DNA of 64,000 nucleotides from Armatimonadota bacterium (GTDB taxonomy: Bacteria; Armatimonadota; SYMT01): the NCBI GenBank assembly GCA_041690135.1, contig JAWLHY010000019.1, forward strand, positions 1 through 64,000, in the 5' to 3' direction. The notes under the pieces were generated by a model that saw only the letters and a list, made by a program, of their open reading frames with translations, was not told the DNA's origin and ran no database searches. The translations under genes and the position numbers were made by a program. The stretch's first letter is position 1. Every line of letters begins with the position of its first letter. Below are positions 48,301-58,621 of this stretch, in pieces.

Positions 48301-50076
48301 TTATTCCATGCCCAAAAGCATGTTGGCGACCTCGGTGGTTTCGGGATCGTGGTTCTCGCTGAGCTCGCGCATACGCTGCCGGATCCGGGTCTCGGCGGTC
48401 CGGCAATAGTAGCCGCCGATCTCCAGTTCCCGCCTGGCCTGCTCCGTATCCGCTTCGGGACCCTGCAGTAGCGCATCCAGGCGGGAGACGACCGCGATCA
48501 TCATGTAGATTTCCGTGGCGGCGTCGGCGATGCGGCCCTGCTGGTATTGGCGGTCGAGAATGTCTTCACGGTACTTCATCAACACTCCCTCGACGTTGTG
48601 GCCGAAGTCGCGGATGACGCTCTCGAGCAGATGGGCAAGATCGCTGATCTCCCGGCTCCGTACGGCGACATGGACCGCGTCCTGGCCCGGAAGGTGGCGC
48701 CGGGCAAAGTCTGTGATCTTGCCGAAGCCGGAGAGGGGGGACTTCAGGGCATCCAGCACACCCTTCAGCGCCATGCCGACATCGCGCATGCCGACCAGGG
48801 CGATGAAATTCCGGAGGACGTCATTGGCCCCTTCGCCGATCTGGTTGATCCGAGCGTCCCGCATCATCCGTTCGTAAGGCTGGTCCTTGAAATAGGCCCG
48901 GCCGCCGTAGATCTGGATCGTCTCGTTGACGATCTCCCAGAGGCTTTCGCTGGCGAACAGCTTGAGCATGGCCGTTTCGACCATGTACTCCTCTTCACCT
49001 CGGTCGATGAGGCCCGCGGTGAGATATGTGCCGGCCTCCATGGCGTAGGCCAGGGCCGCCATCTGCGCGATCTTCTTCTTCACCAGCTCGAAATGGCCGA
49101 GGGGATGGCCAAACTGGTGACGGGTCTGTGCATGCCGGATGGCGTCCTCCACGCACCGCTTCGCCGCACCGGTGCAGGTGGCGCCGAAGGTGGTGCGGCC
49201 GAAGTCGAGCAGGGTCAGCGCCACGCGGAGGCCTTTGCCCGGAGGACCGATGATGTTCTCGACCGGCACGGCTACATCGTGGAACGCCAGCTTCGCGGTA
49301 GCGGTGCCACGGATGCCGCACTTTTCCAGGGAGACGGCTTCCACCTCGAAGCCCGGCATGTCCGGGGTGACCAGAAACGCGGTGATGCGTTCACGGCCCT
49401 TCTCGTCGCGTGTGCCGGGCACCTTGGCCATCACCGTCAGGAGACCCGCGAGGCCGCCGTTGGTGATCCATTGCTTGCGGCCGTTGAGGATGTAGTGGGT
49501 GCCGGCTTCGTTGAGGACGGCACGCGTCTCGATGCCGGCGGCGTCGGAACCCGCATTCGGCTCGGTGAGGGCGAAGGCCGCCAGCATCTCGCCCCGCGAA
49601 AGGCGCGGCAGCCACTCGCGTTGTTGGGCTTCCGACCCGAACAGTAGCAGCGACTTCAATCCGATGCTCTGGTGCGCGTTGACGAGCACGCCGAGGGAAG
49701 CGTCAACCCGGCCGATCTCTTCCATCACCTTGCAGTACCCGTACTGCGAGAGGCCCAGCCCGCCGAACTCCCGCGGGATCGACATCGACATGATCCCCAG
49801 CTCGAAGAGGCGTTTCATCACCGGATCCGGGACCCGTGCTTCGCGGTCGATCTGGTCCGGATCCACTTCCGTGTTCAGGAACTCCCGCACCTCCGCGAGA
49901 TACCGCTGCAGGTCGGCCCGATCCTCCGGTGTGGGCGCGGGATACGGAAAGGCCAGGTCTGCGGCGAAGCGTCCGAAGAACAGCTCCTTGGCAAGACTGC
50001 GGTGCTCATCCTTTCCCAGGAGTTCTTCCGCCTCGCGAATCTGTCGCTCACGATCCGTCTCCACCGTTGCCGACAT
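48301..50076 (-). CDS. Acyl-CoA dehydrogenase (VLCAD/ACAD9-like, with C-terminal extension)
   Basis: FALTEPNAGSDA, NGRKQWITNG, QIYGG and RDARINQIGEGANDV. Confidence 0.93.
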   Translation of the reverse strand: MSATVETDRERQIREAEELLGKDEHRSLAKELFFGRFAADLAFPYPAPTPEDRADLQRYLAEVREFLNTEVDPDQIDREARVPDPVMKRLFELGIMSMSIPREFGGLGLSQYGYCKVMEEIGRVDASLGVLVNAHQSIGLKSLLLFGSEAQQREWLPRLSRGEMLAAFALTEPNAGSDAAGIETRAVLNEAGTHYILNGRKQWITNGGLAGLLTVMAKVPGTRDEKGRERITAFLVTPDMPGFEVEAVSLEKCGIRGTATAKLAFHDVAVPVENIIGPPGKGLRVALTLLDFGRTTFGATCTGAAKRCVEDAIRHAQTRHQFGHPLGHFELVKKKIAQMAALAYAMEAGTYLTAGLIDRGEEEYMVETAMLKLFASESLWEIVNETIQIYGGRAYFKDQPYERMMRDARINQIGEGANDVLRNFIALVGMRDVGMALKGVLDALKSPLSGFGKITDFARRHLPGQDAVHVAVRSREISDLAHLLESVIRDFGHNVEGVLMKYREDILDRQYQQGRIADAATEIYMMIAVVSRLDALLQGPEADTEQARRELEIGGYYCRTAETRIRQRMRELSENHDPETTEVANMLLGME

Positions 50077-50157
50077 ATCCCCTCCCTCTGAAACACGTAC
50101 TCATACCTTGATCTTAATACCCAACGGCCCTACGTGCTACTACGGCACGGGTTGTCG

Positions 50158-50166
50158 TGGTACAAT
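50158..50166 (+). promoter_or_regulatory. Extended -10 element for hemD-hemE
   Basis: TGGTACAAT about 55 nt upstream of the GTG at 50223. Confidence 0.5.
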
Positions 50167-50222
50167 GCCGGGAAACAGTTGCCCGCGCGGGCACAGGTAA
50201 GGCAGAGCGGGGGAAAAGCATC

Positions 50223-52151
50223 GTGAGCGAAAAGGCGCCCAGGGAAGGGTTCAACGGTCTGCGGGTGGTGGCTCTGGAGAGCCGGCGCGCGACGGAGATG
50301 GAATCGCTGATCCGCAGTTTTGGGGGCGATCCGGTGGTGGCGCCGTCGATGCGGGAGATTCCCCTGGAAGAGAACCCGGAGGCCCTCGCCTTCGGCGAGA
50401 AGCTGCTGGCCGGCGAATTCGATGCCGTGTTGTTCCTCACGGGCGTGGGCGCGCGTGCCCTGGTGCAGACGCTGGAGTCGCGCTTCAGCCAGGACGAGAT
50501 TGTCGACGCCCTCTCCCGGGTCACTACAATCGCGCGCGGTCCGAAGCCCGTCAAAACCCTCCGAGAGTTGGGCGTACCGGTGACCATTACCGTGCCGGAG
50601 CCGAACACCTGGCGTGAGGTGCTGGAAACCCTGGAGTCCGATCCCCGTGGGTTCGAACTGCAGAAGGCGCGGCTGGCGGTACAGGAGTATGGGGTCTCCA
50701 ATGATTCCCTCCTCGACGGGCTGCGGGAGCGCGGCGCCGTGGTGACTCGCGTCCCTGTCTATCGCTGGGCTCTGCCGGAGGATGTGGGGCCGCTCCACGC
50801 CGCCATCCGGGAACTGGCGGAAGGAACGGCACGGGTAGTCCTCTTCACCAGCGCCACGCAGGTGGTGCACCTGATGCAGGTAGCCGCTGACCTGGGCCTG
50901 GAGGAGCGGCTGCGCCGGTCCCTCGCACAGGGCGTGGTCTGTTCCATCGGGCCCACCTGCAGCGAGATGCTGGAAAGCTACAGCCTCCCCGCCGATCTGC
51001 AGCCGGAGCACCCGCGGATGGGGCAGCTCGTGCGGGAAGCGGCAGAGCGCTCCGGGCAGATCCTGGCGGCGAAGCAGCCCATGAGCGCGGCGACTGCCCG
51101 AGACGCGCAGCCTGAAGCGGAACCGTGGCGCGACGCTCCCTTTTTGAAGGCGTGTCGCCGCGAGCCGGTGCCGTACACCCCCGTATGGTTGATGCGGCAG
51201 GCAGGCCGGTACATGAGCGATTACCGCGAGGTCCGCGCCCGCTACAGCTTCCTGGAGCTCTGCAAAGACCCGGATCTCGTCGCCGAAGTGACCGTCACCG
51301 CGCGGGACCGCATTAATGCCGACGCCGCGATCCTTTTCGCCGACATCCTCCTGATCGTGGAGCCCCTGGGCCTGAACCTGGAGTACAGCAAGGGCGAGGG
51401 GCCGGTCATCACCCCCACCGTGCGGGAGAGCGCCGATGTCGATCGCCTGACGGAAGTCGATCCCGAAGCACTTAGCTACGTTTACGACGCGGTGCGGGCC
51501 ACCCGCTGCGCGCTCGATCCGAAGATTCCCCTCATCGGCTTCTGCGGCGCTCCGTTCACCCTGGCATCCTACGTGATCGAGGGCAGCGGATCCCGGAGCT
51601 ACGAGTGGACCAAGTCGCTCATGTACCGCGACCCCGGCGCCTGGCACGCCCTGATGGACCGCATCTCCCGCGGCCTCATTGGGTACGTAAACCGGCAGAT
51701 CGAGGCCGGCGCGCAGGTTATCCAGATCTTCGATAGCTGGGTCGGCTGCCTGGGACCGGAGGACTACCGGGAGTTCGTCCTCCCCCACTCGCGGACCCTC
51801 ATCGAGGGCATCACCCCCGGCGTGCCCGTAATTCACTTCGGGACCGATACCTTCACCCTGCTGCGCGACATGCGCGAGGCGGGCGGCGACGTGATCGGCC
51901 TCGACTGGCGGACCGATTTCGGCCGCGGCTGGGCGGAAATCGGTCACGACCGGGCCGTGCAGGGCAACCTCGACCCACTGGTCCTCTACGCCGAGCCGGA
52001 GTTCATCAAGAAACGGGTCCGACACATCCTGGAGCAGGCGGAGAACCGTCCCGGCCATATCTTCAACCTGGGCCACGGCATCCTCCCCCGCACTCCCGTG
52101 GACAACGTGATCCGGTTGATCGAGTACGTCCACGAACTCAGCGCCCGGTGA
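50223..52151 (+). CDS. hemE: Fused uroporphyrinogen-III synthase (HemD) and uroporphyrinogen decarboxylase (HemE)
   Basis: N-terminal half: ESRR, LTGVG, ARGPKP, VYRWALP, FTSA, SIGP (HemD-like). C-terminal half: PVWLMRQAGRY, FADIL, GAPFTLASY, QIFDSW, QGNLDP, FNLGHG (HemE). One open frame. Confidence 0.92.
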   Translation: MSEKAPREGFNGLRVVALESRRATEMESLIRSFGGDPVVAPSMREIPLEENPEALAFGEKLLAGEFDAVLFLTGVGARALVQTLESRFSQDEIVDALSRVTTIARGPKPVKTLRELGVPVTITVPEPNTWREVLETLESDPRGFELQKARLAVQEYGVSNDSLLDGLRERGAVVTRVPVYRWALPEDVGPLHAAIRELAEGTARVVLFTSATQVVHLMQVAADLGLEERLRRSLAQGVVCSIGPTCSEMLESYSLPADLQPEHPRMGQLVREAAERSGQILAAKQPMSAATARDAQPEAEPWRDAPFLKACRREPVPYTPVWLMRQAGRYMSDYREVRARYSFLELCKDPDLVAEVTVTARDRINADAAILFADILLIVEPLGLNLEYSKGEGPVITPTVRESADVDRLTEVDPEALSYVYDAVRATRCALDPKIPLIGFCGAPFTLASYVIEGSGSRSYEWTKSLMYRDPGAWHALMDRISRGLIGYVNRQIEAGAQVIQIFDSWVGCLGPEDYREFVLPHSRTLIEGITPGVPVIHFGTDTFTLLRDMREAGGDVIGLDWRTDFGRGWAEIGHDRAVQGNLDPLVLYAEPEFIKKRVRHILEQAENRPGHIFNLGHGILPRTPVDNVIRLIEYVHELSAR

Positions 52152-52166
52152 GGGGAACGAATCTCT

Positions 52167-52190
52167 CGCAAAGACGCTAAGACGCAAAGA
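52167..52190 (+). repeat. 3 x octamer CGC(A/T)AAGA
   Basis: CGCAAAGA CGCTAAGA CGCAAAGA just after the hemE stop. Confidence 0.7.
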
Positions 52191-52484
52191 GGGAACGCCG
52201 ATTCCTGAATCCAGAACTGGGTTCAGACTTTCCAATGGGAACCGCTATGTAGGGGCTCCCGCCGTGGTTGCCCTCGGCGGTGTGGCTGATGGCCCCGGCG
52301 CAAACCCGTACCTGTCAACGAATTGCAGTATCCGTACCGGTCGGGTCGGCAGCCGGTCATGTGAACCTAGCGCCGTCCCGACCCTGAGTGTGGAATCGCC
52401 GCTTGCAGCGGCGTTTTGCGATGTGGATCACGGAACCTGCAGTGGCTGTAGGACCTACAGAGTTGCCCACAGCGCTTCGAAGGT

Positions 52485-53501
52485 TCAGTCCCTATCCGCT
52501 GGCCGATCCGTCAACGGCACATCCCACATCAATGGGCGCCGGAGTCGCATCCAGGGTCCGGAGTCATCCGGATCCTGGATGGATCGAACCGCCCGATGGT
52601 AAAGGAGCGCCGCCACCGTGAGTTGGACAGCCATAACGGCCGCGGGCTCCAGGAGCGTGTGCGCCACCGCGGAAACGAACGGCGCCTGTGCCATCACCCG
52701 GTCGATCCCGAACCGGATCGGCGGCAAGAACACGAATGGCACGGCGTAGCACCAGATCAGCGCGGCGCGGGTGGTCCGGCACACGGCGCCCACCGCGCAG
52801 AGGAGCATCGCCGTGGCAATCCAGCCAAGAGCGACGGTGCCCACCTGTAGCGCATCACGCAGGACCGGGTCCCCGAAGGTCGACCGCGGAAACCCGGGCG
52901 GCGGTTCGGGCATCACGCCCAGGAGGTGCTCTCGACCGGTCAGCAGTACCCCCGCCAGGATCCCGAATACGAGCATCACCGCAACCGCCAGCACCCCGAG
53001 CAGCGGCAACATTGCCGCCGCACCCCGTGACAGTAGGATCTCCCGTGGAGACAGCCCCTCGGACCGCTGTTCGTGCAGGCGACCGCTTTCCCAATCCGGC
53101 GCCACACTGCGCGCTGCAAAGGCCGGAGCCAGGAACACCCAGGCCGTGTTGGCGAGGAACAGTACGACCTGAATCAGCGTCAGCAGCGGCAGCGATGGGA
53201 CATCCGACTTCTGGAACATCCCGACGATCGGCGTGAAGAGCGCCTGCACGCCGGTCACGCTGATGAGGAGATGGAACCAGCCGGCTTCCTCTGGGCGCTG
53301 CACCCAGGGCGAGCGGAACAGGGCTGTGGAAATGGCGACCTGAACCAGGAACACCAGCACAAACGTGACGACCGCCCAGAGACGATAGCGCGGAGCCCAC
53401 AGCCGGCGCAGCTCTCCCTGGATCAGGTCCCAGGTGGAAAGTTCGGCAGCGCCGACCGCCACTCCCGATGGATTGCGTTCTTCGAAGGGTGGTCTCGGCA
53501 A
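52485..53501 (-). CDS. Membrane protein resembling ABC-2 permeases
   Basis: About six TM helices; degenerate APAFAARSVAPDWESGRL...GLSPREILL motif. Confidence 0.6.
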   Translation of the reverse strand: MPRPPFEERNPSGVAVGAAELSTWDLIQGELRRLWAPRYRLWAVVTFVLVFLVQVAISTALFRSPWVQRPEEAGWFHLLISVTGVQALFTPIVGMFQKSDVPSLPLLTLIQVVLFLANTAWVFLAPAFAARSVAPDWESGRLHEQRSEGLSPREILLSRGAAAMLPLLGVLAVAVMLVFGILAGVLLTGREHLLGVMPEPPPGFPRSTFGDPVLRDALQVGTVALGWIATAMLLCAVGAVCRTTRAALIWCYAVPFVFLPPIRFGIDRVMAQAPFVSAVAHTLLEPAAVMAVQLTVAALLYHRAVRSIQDPDDSGPWMRLRRPLMWDVPLTDRPADRD

Positions 53502-54139
53502 GGCGGGTCTCCTCGCACACCGTCAGCAGGGTTGGAAATTGAAACGCGGGAACCCCACGGAAGTTACGGTCTCCAACGCGACTGCCCAACAACTTCCGGT
53601 GCGTTTGGGCGGGGTGCGACCAAATGTGCGTGCCCTGGCCACACAAGGTGAAGCCCGTACGGACCTGGTATACGGGTAAAGGACGTTCGCCATTTGGGAG
53701 TTGGGTTGATCGTGGCAGGAACTGTAGTTACCCATGCGCGGAATGACCGGGGAGCCGACGGAGGCGGGCGCCGGGTACCCACGGAGTGGGTGTGGGCAGT
53801 TGCAGTGTGTAGCCGCGGCTTGAGCCGCCTGCGTACCGCAGGCGCCGTTGGACTGGAGAACTGGTCACGGGCCGTCCCCGCTGTGCCCGCGGAAGTCGCG
53901 ACATCGTCCGACCCCCGCAACGATACAGAGCGCGCAGAATGAGAAATCTTCGCGAAGCCGGCCGGTTTCCTTTACCAACCTGGAAGCAGGACAAATGCCG
54001 CTCGCTGAAAGAACACTCCAGAGAGGCGCTGGCCTCAAATCCTGCCGGATCAACACCGCACCTGTTGAAGGTTAAGCGTGAGGGGGTAAGCTCGCCTGGA
54101 GCCAGAGGTTGAGAGCACAACGCAGAGGGTTCAACCCCT

Positions 54140-54221
54140 GGCCCCCGAGGGGGGCTTCCATCCTTTAGCCCCCGAGGGGGCTGCAAACCTTCCAACTTGC
54201 AAACCTTCCAACCTTCCAACC
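54140..54221 (+). repeat. Two GCCCCCGAGGGGGC palindromes followed by AACCTTCC octamer repeats
   Basis: GCCCCCGAGGGGGGC...GCCCCCGAGGGGGC; AACCTTCC AACTTGCA AACCTTCC AACCTTCC at 54186-54217. Confidence 0.7.
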
Positions 54222-54253
54222 CAGAAGTACCCTCCTGAATAACGCATCCCACT

Positions 54254-55732
54254 ATGAAGTTAGTAGCGATTGACCTGGGCGCCAGCGGCGGACGCGCGCT
54301 GGTCGGCACGTTGACGGGCGAAGGCGCCCGGGCCACGCTGGAAATGGTGGAGGCGCACCGGTTCCCGCATGGCGGCGTTTACTTCCCGCACGATGAGGGC
54401 CGCACGCTGCATTGGAACGCGCCCTACCTGTGGAACGAGATCCAGACCGGTCTCCGCAAGGCCGGTCACGCGCACGGCCGGCCGGACAGTATTGGGGTGG
54501 ACACCTGGGGCGTGGACTTCGGCCTGCTGGACCGCCGCGGCGCGCTGCTTCAGAACCCGGTATGCTACCGCGACGCTCGCACCGAGGGAATGATCGAAAA
54601 GGCGTGCGCAATCGTGCCGCGGGAGGAGATCTTCGCGCGGACCGGTATCCAGTTCATGGCGTTCAACTCGGTCTTCCAGTTGCTGGCGCTGCAGAACCAG
54701 GGCTCCCCCATCTTTCCGCTGATCGACCGCGTGCTCCTGATGCCGGACCTCTTCCATTACTGGCTCTGCGGCAGCCGGGCAGTGGAGTACACGAACGGCA
54801 GCACCTCCCAGATGGTGAACGCTACCACGCGCGACTGGGATCGCGAACTGCTGGACCGCCTGGGACTGCCGCACCACTTCCTGCCGCCGCTGGTGGAGGC
54901 CGGGACGCGCCTGGGCAACCTGCGCGCTTCCGTGGCCGAGGAGACCGGCCTGTCGCCGGACGTGCCGGTGATCGCGCCGCCCACGCACGATACCGCGTCG
55001 GCCGTGGTGGCTACCCCCGGTGAAGGGAGCGATTGGGCCTTCCTCAGCGCCGGCACCTGGTGCCTCTTCGGGGCCGAGGTGGACCGCCCCTATCTCGATC
55101 CCGCGCTCCTGGAGACCGGTTTCGGTAACGAAGGCGGGGTCCGAGGTACCACCCGCCTGCTGCGCAACATCACCGGCCTCTGGCTCGTGCAGGAATGCCG
55201 CCGCTACTGGCAGAGCGAGGGACACGACCTCTCCTACGCGGAGCTGGCGCGCCTGGCGGAGGAAGCCCGCCCGTTCGTGGCCGTCATCGATCCGGACGAT
55301 GCCGCCTTCGCCCAGCCGACCCGGATGCCGGTCGCCATTGCCGACTACTGCACCCGGACCGGGCAATCTGTGCCGGAGACGATCGGGGAGTTCGTCCGCG
55401 TCTGCCTTGAGTCGATCGCGCTAGCGGTCCGGCGCCGCTGGCTGCAACTCCAGACGATCCTGGGCCGTGAGTTGCGTGTCCTTCATATCGTGGGGGGCGG
55501 CACACAGAACACGCTCCTCTGCCAGTTCATCGCCAACGCGCTCGGAAGGACGGTGCTGGCCGGTCCCACGGAAGCTACCGCCATGGGCAACGCGCTGGTG
55601 CAGGCCGTGGGTCTTGGCGCTCTCGACTATACGGACCTGCGCCCGGTGGTCCGCCGCTCCATCGAGTTAAGGGAGTATCGCCCACGCGATACCGCCGCCT
55701 GGGAAGACGCCGCCGGTCGCGCACCCTGGTAA
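54254..55732 (+). CDS. rhaB: Rhamnulokinase (FGGY carbohydrate kinase)
   Basis: AIDLGASGGR, GVDTWGVDFGLLD, YRDART, HDTASAV, GTW, NEGG, NITGLW and VGGG. Confidence 0.85.
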   Translation: MKLVAIDLGASGGRALVGTLTGEGARATLEMVEAHRFPHGGVYFPHDEGRTLHWNAPYLWNEIQTGLRKAGHAHGRPDSIGVDTWGVDFGLLDRRGALLQNPVCYRDARTEGMIEKACAIVPREEIFARTGIQFMAFNSVFQLLALQNQGSPIFPLIDRVLLMPDLFHYWLCGSRAVEYTNGSTSQMVNATTRDWDRELLDRLGLPHHFLPPLVEAGTRLGNLRASVAEETGLSPDVPVIAPPTHDTASAVVATPGEGSDWAFLSAGTWCLFGAEVDRPYLDPALLETGFGNEGGVRGTTRLLRNITGLWLVQECRRYWQSEGHDLSYAELARLAEEARPFVAVIDPDDAAFAQPTRMPVAIADYCTRTGQSVPETIGEFVRVCLESIALAVRRRWLQLQTILGRELRVLHIVGGGTQNTLLCQFIANALGRTVLAGPTEATAMGNALVQAVGLGALDYTDLRPVVRRSIELREYRPRDTAAWEDAAGRAPW

Positions 55733-55753
55733 TCGTAATGGCTGAATAGCGGC

Positions 55754-57583
55754 CTACATCTTCGATTCATCCTTGTTTGCTTCGAATTCCAGAAGTTCAG
55801 AGAGTGGGTCCGGAACCGCCCCGAAGGGCTGTTTGTCCGGTTGAAGCCGCCAATGCCACAACGAGCTGCCGCCAGTGAGAGGTCGAAACCCGAGGATCCA
55901 GCGGCCCTCGTAAGTCGCTGCCTCCGGGCTCGTTGGTGCAAGATACAGCGCAACGCGCTCCCGTTCTTGGCGCGTAATGGCGCCCACATGGGTGATCAAT
56001 GTCGGCCCTAGCCACTCCTCCACCAGTGCCCGAGGGGCTTCCGCCAGTGGAAGCCCCTCGGGCTCGCGGACACGGGCTTTCAGCGGCTCGGGTAGGCGGT
56101 TATAGAACTGTAAGCAAGGCTTAGGACCGGTGAGTTCATAGAATGCAGGTACCACCACTCCGGATGCCTGTGGGCAGAGGCCTGACTCCACGAGCTTGTG
56201 GACTTGTCCGAAGTTGAGCTCCGCAAGTTCCAGGAGATCGCTGAGCGACCCCTGCTTGTTCTCACTCAGGCGCTGGCGATACTTGCTCAGAAGGGAGTCC
56301 GGTACATCCGCCACGTCTTCCGTCCACCATGATCGAGATCTAACGAGGACAGTCGATTTCGTAGGGTCCAGCCACTGCCAATCGCAGTTCCACTGCCGCA
56401 CCAGGATCGTGAGCAACTGCTCGATAGGGAGATCGCGAGCCTCGACCGTAGGCACAAAAGCCCGGCAGGGGCGTATATATCCATCCGCAATGAACCGCAG
56501 CTTTGTCTGTCGCTGGAGTAGAGCCAGGCAAGTATCGAGATTCAGCCAGCGATAAGTGCGGTCCCTCGCCCCCGACGGCAGGGGCGGAATCGAGAACCGT
56601 ACCGTTTTCGAACCGTCTTGTGCGTTCCGACCGGGCAATCTGAAGGGAGGGCCGATAAAGGGGGTTCTTCGTGCTCCTTTCATCCGCAGCATACTGAAGC
56701 GGCCCTGGGTTTCTCCATCGGGCGATACGAGACTTCTCACGAGGTAGGTGTTTTGGGCATCAGCCGGGTTTCCCGCGAGCATGACAGTTATGCGGAAGTC
56801 TTCCAGGCGATGATTGGTCTGCTGTCGAGTCGATACAGTAAGGAGATTTATCAGGTCTCCCCGCCCAACTTCGGGGCCGTCAGCGATCCGCAACACCACG
56901 GGTTGTCCTGTCAGCAGCTTTGCGCGCCCATCAACGCCGATGGCTTCAAGCAAGGTTGCTTCTGCTTTACGTCTTGGGGAAGGTATGTTCCCGGGTATCA
57001 GTAGCCCATTGATGATCTTGCTGGGAACGAGCTTGTCGGCAGGGATCTTGCGGACTTCCTCCAGCCAATGGAGTTCACCATCCAGGTGTTCGGCAAAGGC
57101 GGCCAAGCGTTGACTTCGCAGTTCACTAGCCAATACACGGCGGTTGAAGTTCTCGCGCAATATCCAGCCACTGGTTTTCCGATGCCAGTCGACCCGTGCA
57201 CTCTCATTCACACTGAGCAACGTTTCAAGTCCGCGCGCCAGCGTACCAAGTTCGAAGTCCTGGCCAACAACAGTTACTCTTTGGTTGGCGAGCTCGCCCT
57301 CCGCCTTCAACTTCACCCCATAGATTTTGGATAAGGTAGGAAGTGCCTCCGTGAGCGGTCGTCCGTATAAAGTCACGTGGGATGGCTCGCCACCGGACGG
57401 ATAGCGTTCCATTGCAAAAGCCGGTGTCTGGCCAAAAAGAACAATATAGAGTATCCACACACCCCATATGAGGGACCGAACTCTGAGTAGAGATGGAAAA
57501 ACTGCGAGGAAGTTACGGTTCAGCCAGAGATTCCTTCCAAGTGGATTTGCAATCTCCAAGGGCAAGATCTTCTCGGTAGACAT
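55754..57583 (-). CDS. Hypothetical exported protein of 609 aa, lower GC than the flanks
   Basis: Long open frame, N-terminal hydrophobic/signal-like segment ending in AFA; no recognisable catalytic motif. Confidence 0.65.
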   Translation of the reverse strand: MSTEKILPLEIANPLGRNLWLNRNFLAVFPSLLRVRSLIWGVWILYIVLFGQTPAFAMERYPSGGEPSHVTLYGRPLTEALPTLSKIYGVKLKAEGELANQRVTVVGQDFELGTLARGLETLLSVNESARVDWHRKTSGWILRENFNRRVLASELRSQRLAAFAEHLDGELHWLEEVRKIPADKLVPSKIINGLLIPGNIPSPRRKAEATLLEAIGVDGRAKLLTGQPVVLRIADGPEVGRGDLINLLTVSTRQQTNHRLEDFRITVMLAGNPADAQNTYLVRSLVSPDGETQGRFSMLRMKGARRTPFIGPPFRLPGRNAQDGSKTVRFSIPPLPSGARDRTYRWLNLDTCLALLQRQTKLRFIADGYIRPCRAFVPTVEARDLPIEQLLTILVRQWNCDWQWLDPTKSTVLVRSRSWWTEDVADVPDSLLSKYRQRLSENKQGSLSDLLELAELNFGQVHKLVESGLCPQASGVVVPAFYELTGPKPCLQFYNRLPEPLKARVREPEGLPLAEAPRALVEEWLGPTLITHVGAITRQERERVALYLAPTSPEAATYEGRWILGFRPLTGGSSLWHWRLQPDKQPFGAVPDPLSELLEFEANKDESKM

Positions 57584-57683
57584 AGGCCCTCAACTTGACC
57601 TGTGTCAGAACACCGCAGGACTGCAGGCGATGATCTGACACAGTTGCTTAGATACACATCACATGATGTAGCGAGATATTAAA

Positions 57684-58265
57684 TCACTCAGTGATGATCA
57701 ACGCACGGATCGCATGTCGTTCTTCCGCTAGAGGTCCTGGACCTGGCGAGAAGTGGGCCGAAATCCATGCATTCAGGTAGTAGTTTCCAGGAGAGAGTGT
57801 GGCCTGCAAGCTCATGTCAAGCCAGTCAGATGGAGATCGCCCTGTGTTGAAGTCGAAGTAATCTCCCCACTCGTCGCTGTCATCTTCCACAGGGTCTTCG
57901 TTCAATTCCGTAAGCTCAAGTCCGTAAAAGCCAGAGAGTAGATCGCTTCCCCAGTATGATTCAATGCTGTAGCCGAGTGAAGCGGAGTATTCGTGCGACA
58001 CGTTCGCAACTACGTCGTGCGAACCCGGGGAATAGTGCGCTTCGAGTTCTACCAACGCACCACCGTTCATGGAAGAGAAATATGCCCAATCGTATGCCGC
58101 CTGCGCAGGCGAACCGCTCCATGCACTTAGAAACACGCCTAGCAGCAATGCCAATACTGAGCGACCTGAAACTCTCGAGGGAACGATGTAATGCATTCTT
58201 CTGAACCTCCATTTACTCATTGTGGGAGTCAAGTCCCTTCCGATAAGGTACAAGTGGCCAAGCAA
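57684..58265 (-). CDS. Hypothetical secreted acidic protein, low GC
   Basis: Signal-like SVLALLLGVFLSAWSGSPAQA; true start probably at an internal Met. Confidence 0.55.
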   Translation of the reverse strand: MLGHLYLIGRDLTPTMSKWRFRRMHYIVPSRVSGRSVLALLLGVFLSAWSGSPAQAAYDWAYFSSMNGGALVELEAHYSPGSHDVVANVSHEYSASLGYSIESYWGSDLLSGFYGLELTELNEDPVEDDSDEWGDYFDFNTGRSPSDWLDMSLQATLSPGNYYLNAWISAHFSPGPGPLAEERHAIRALIITE

Positions 58266-58447
58266 CGTGGACTACCCGCAGGGGAGAGTATCCCTACAAG
58301 CCGGGTAATCATCACTCCAGCACAATGTAGCAGAAATACGTCAACCTCAATTGATGGTGCTCACGCATCCGGGCCAATGGTTCTGGAGTGTTCTATCTAC
58401 TTTCATATTGTGCGGTGTTTATCTTATTGCGTCCACTTTTTTTACCT

Positions 58448-58621
58448 AGATCCTATCCGAATTGAAATCTTAAGTCAGTGAATGTCCGTTTGGTATGATT
58501 CCGGCACAGGAGGATTGTGTCAAAATGGGATTAGTTGCGCAGGATGATGGCTGGCCCGTGCCCGACGCGCTTTGGGAACTCATAGAGCCTTTGTTGCTGA
58601 AGGGGAAACCCCATCCTTGGG
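58448..58621 (+). pseudogene. 5' remnant of an IS5-family element
   Basis: Candidate left end TAGATCCTATCCGAA; AGGAGG then MGLVAQDDGWPVPDALWELIEPLL..KPHPWG, an IS5-family transposase N-terminus cut at the ISKra4 left end. Confidence 0.7.

Noticed and set aside
50130-52235. 701-aa ORF antisense to hemD-hemE
   Set aside because: Shadow ORF; the same applies to 27806..29590, 23541..24929, 33000..34586, 31484..32830 and 9004..10404.
53502-54253. Short ORFs in the 750-nt intergenic region
   Set aside because: No RBS-supported, protein-like ORF; the region looks like a mosaic of REP-like palindromes.
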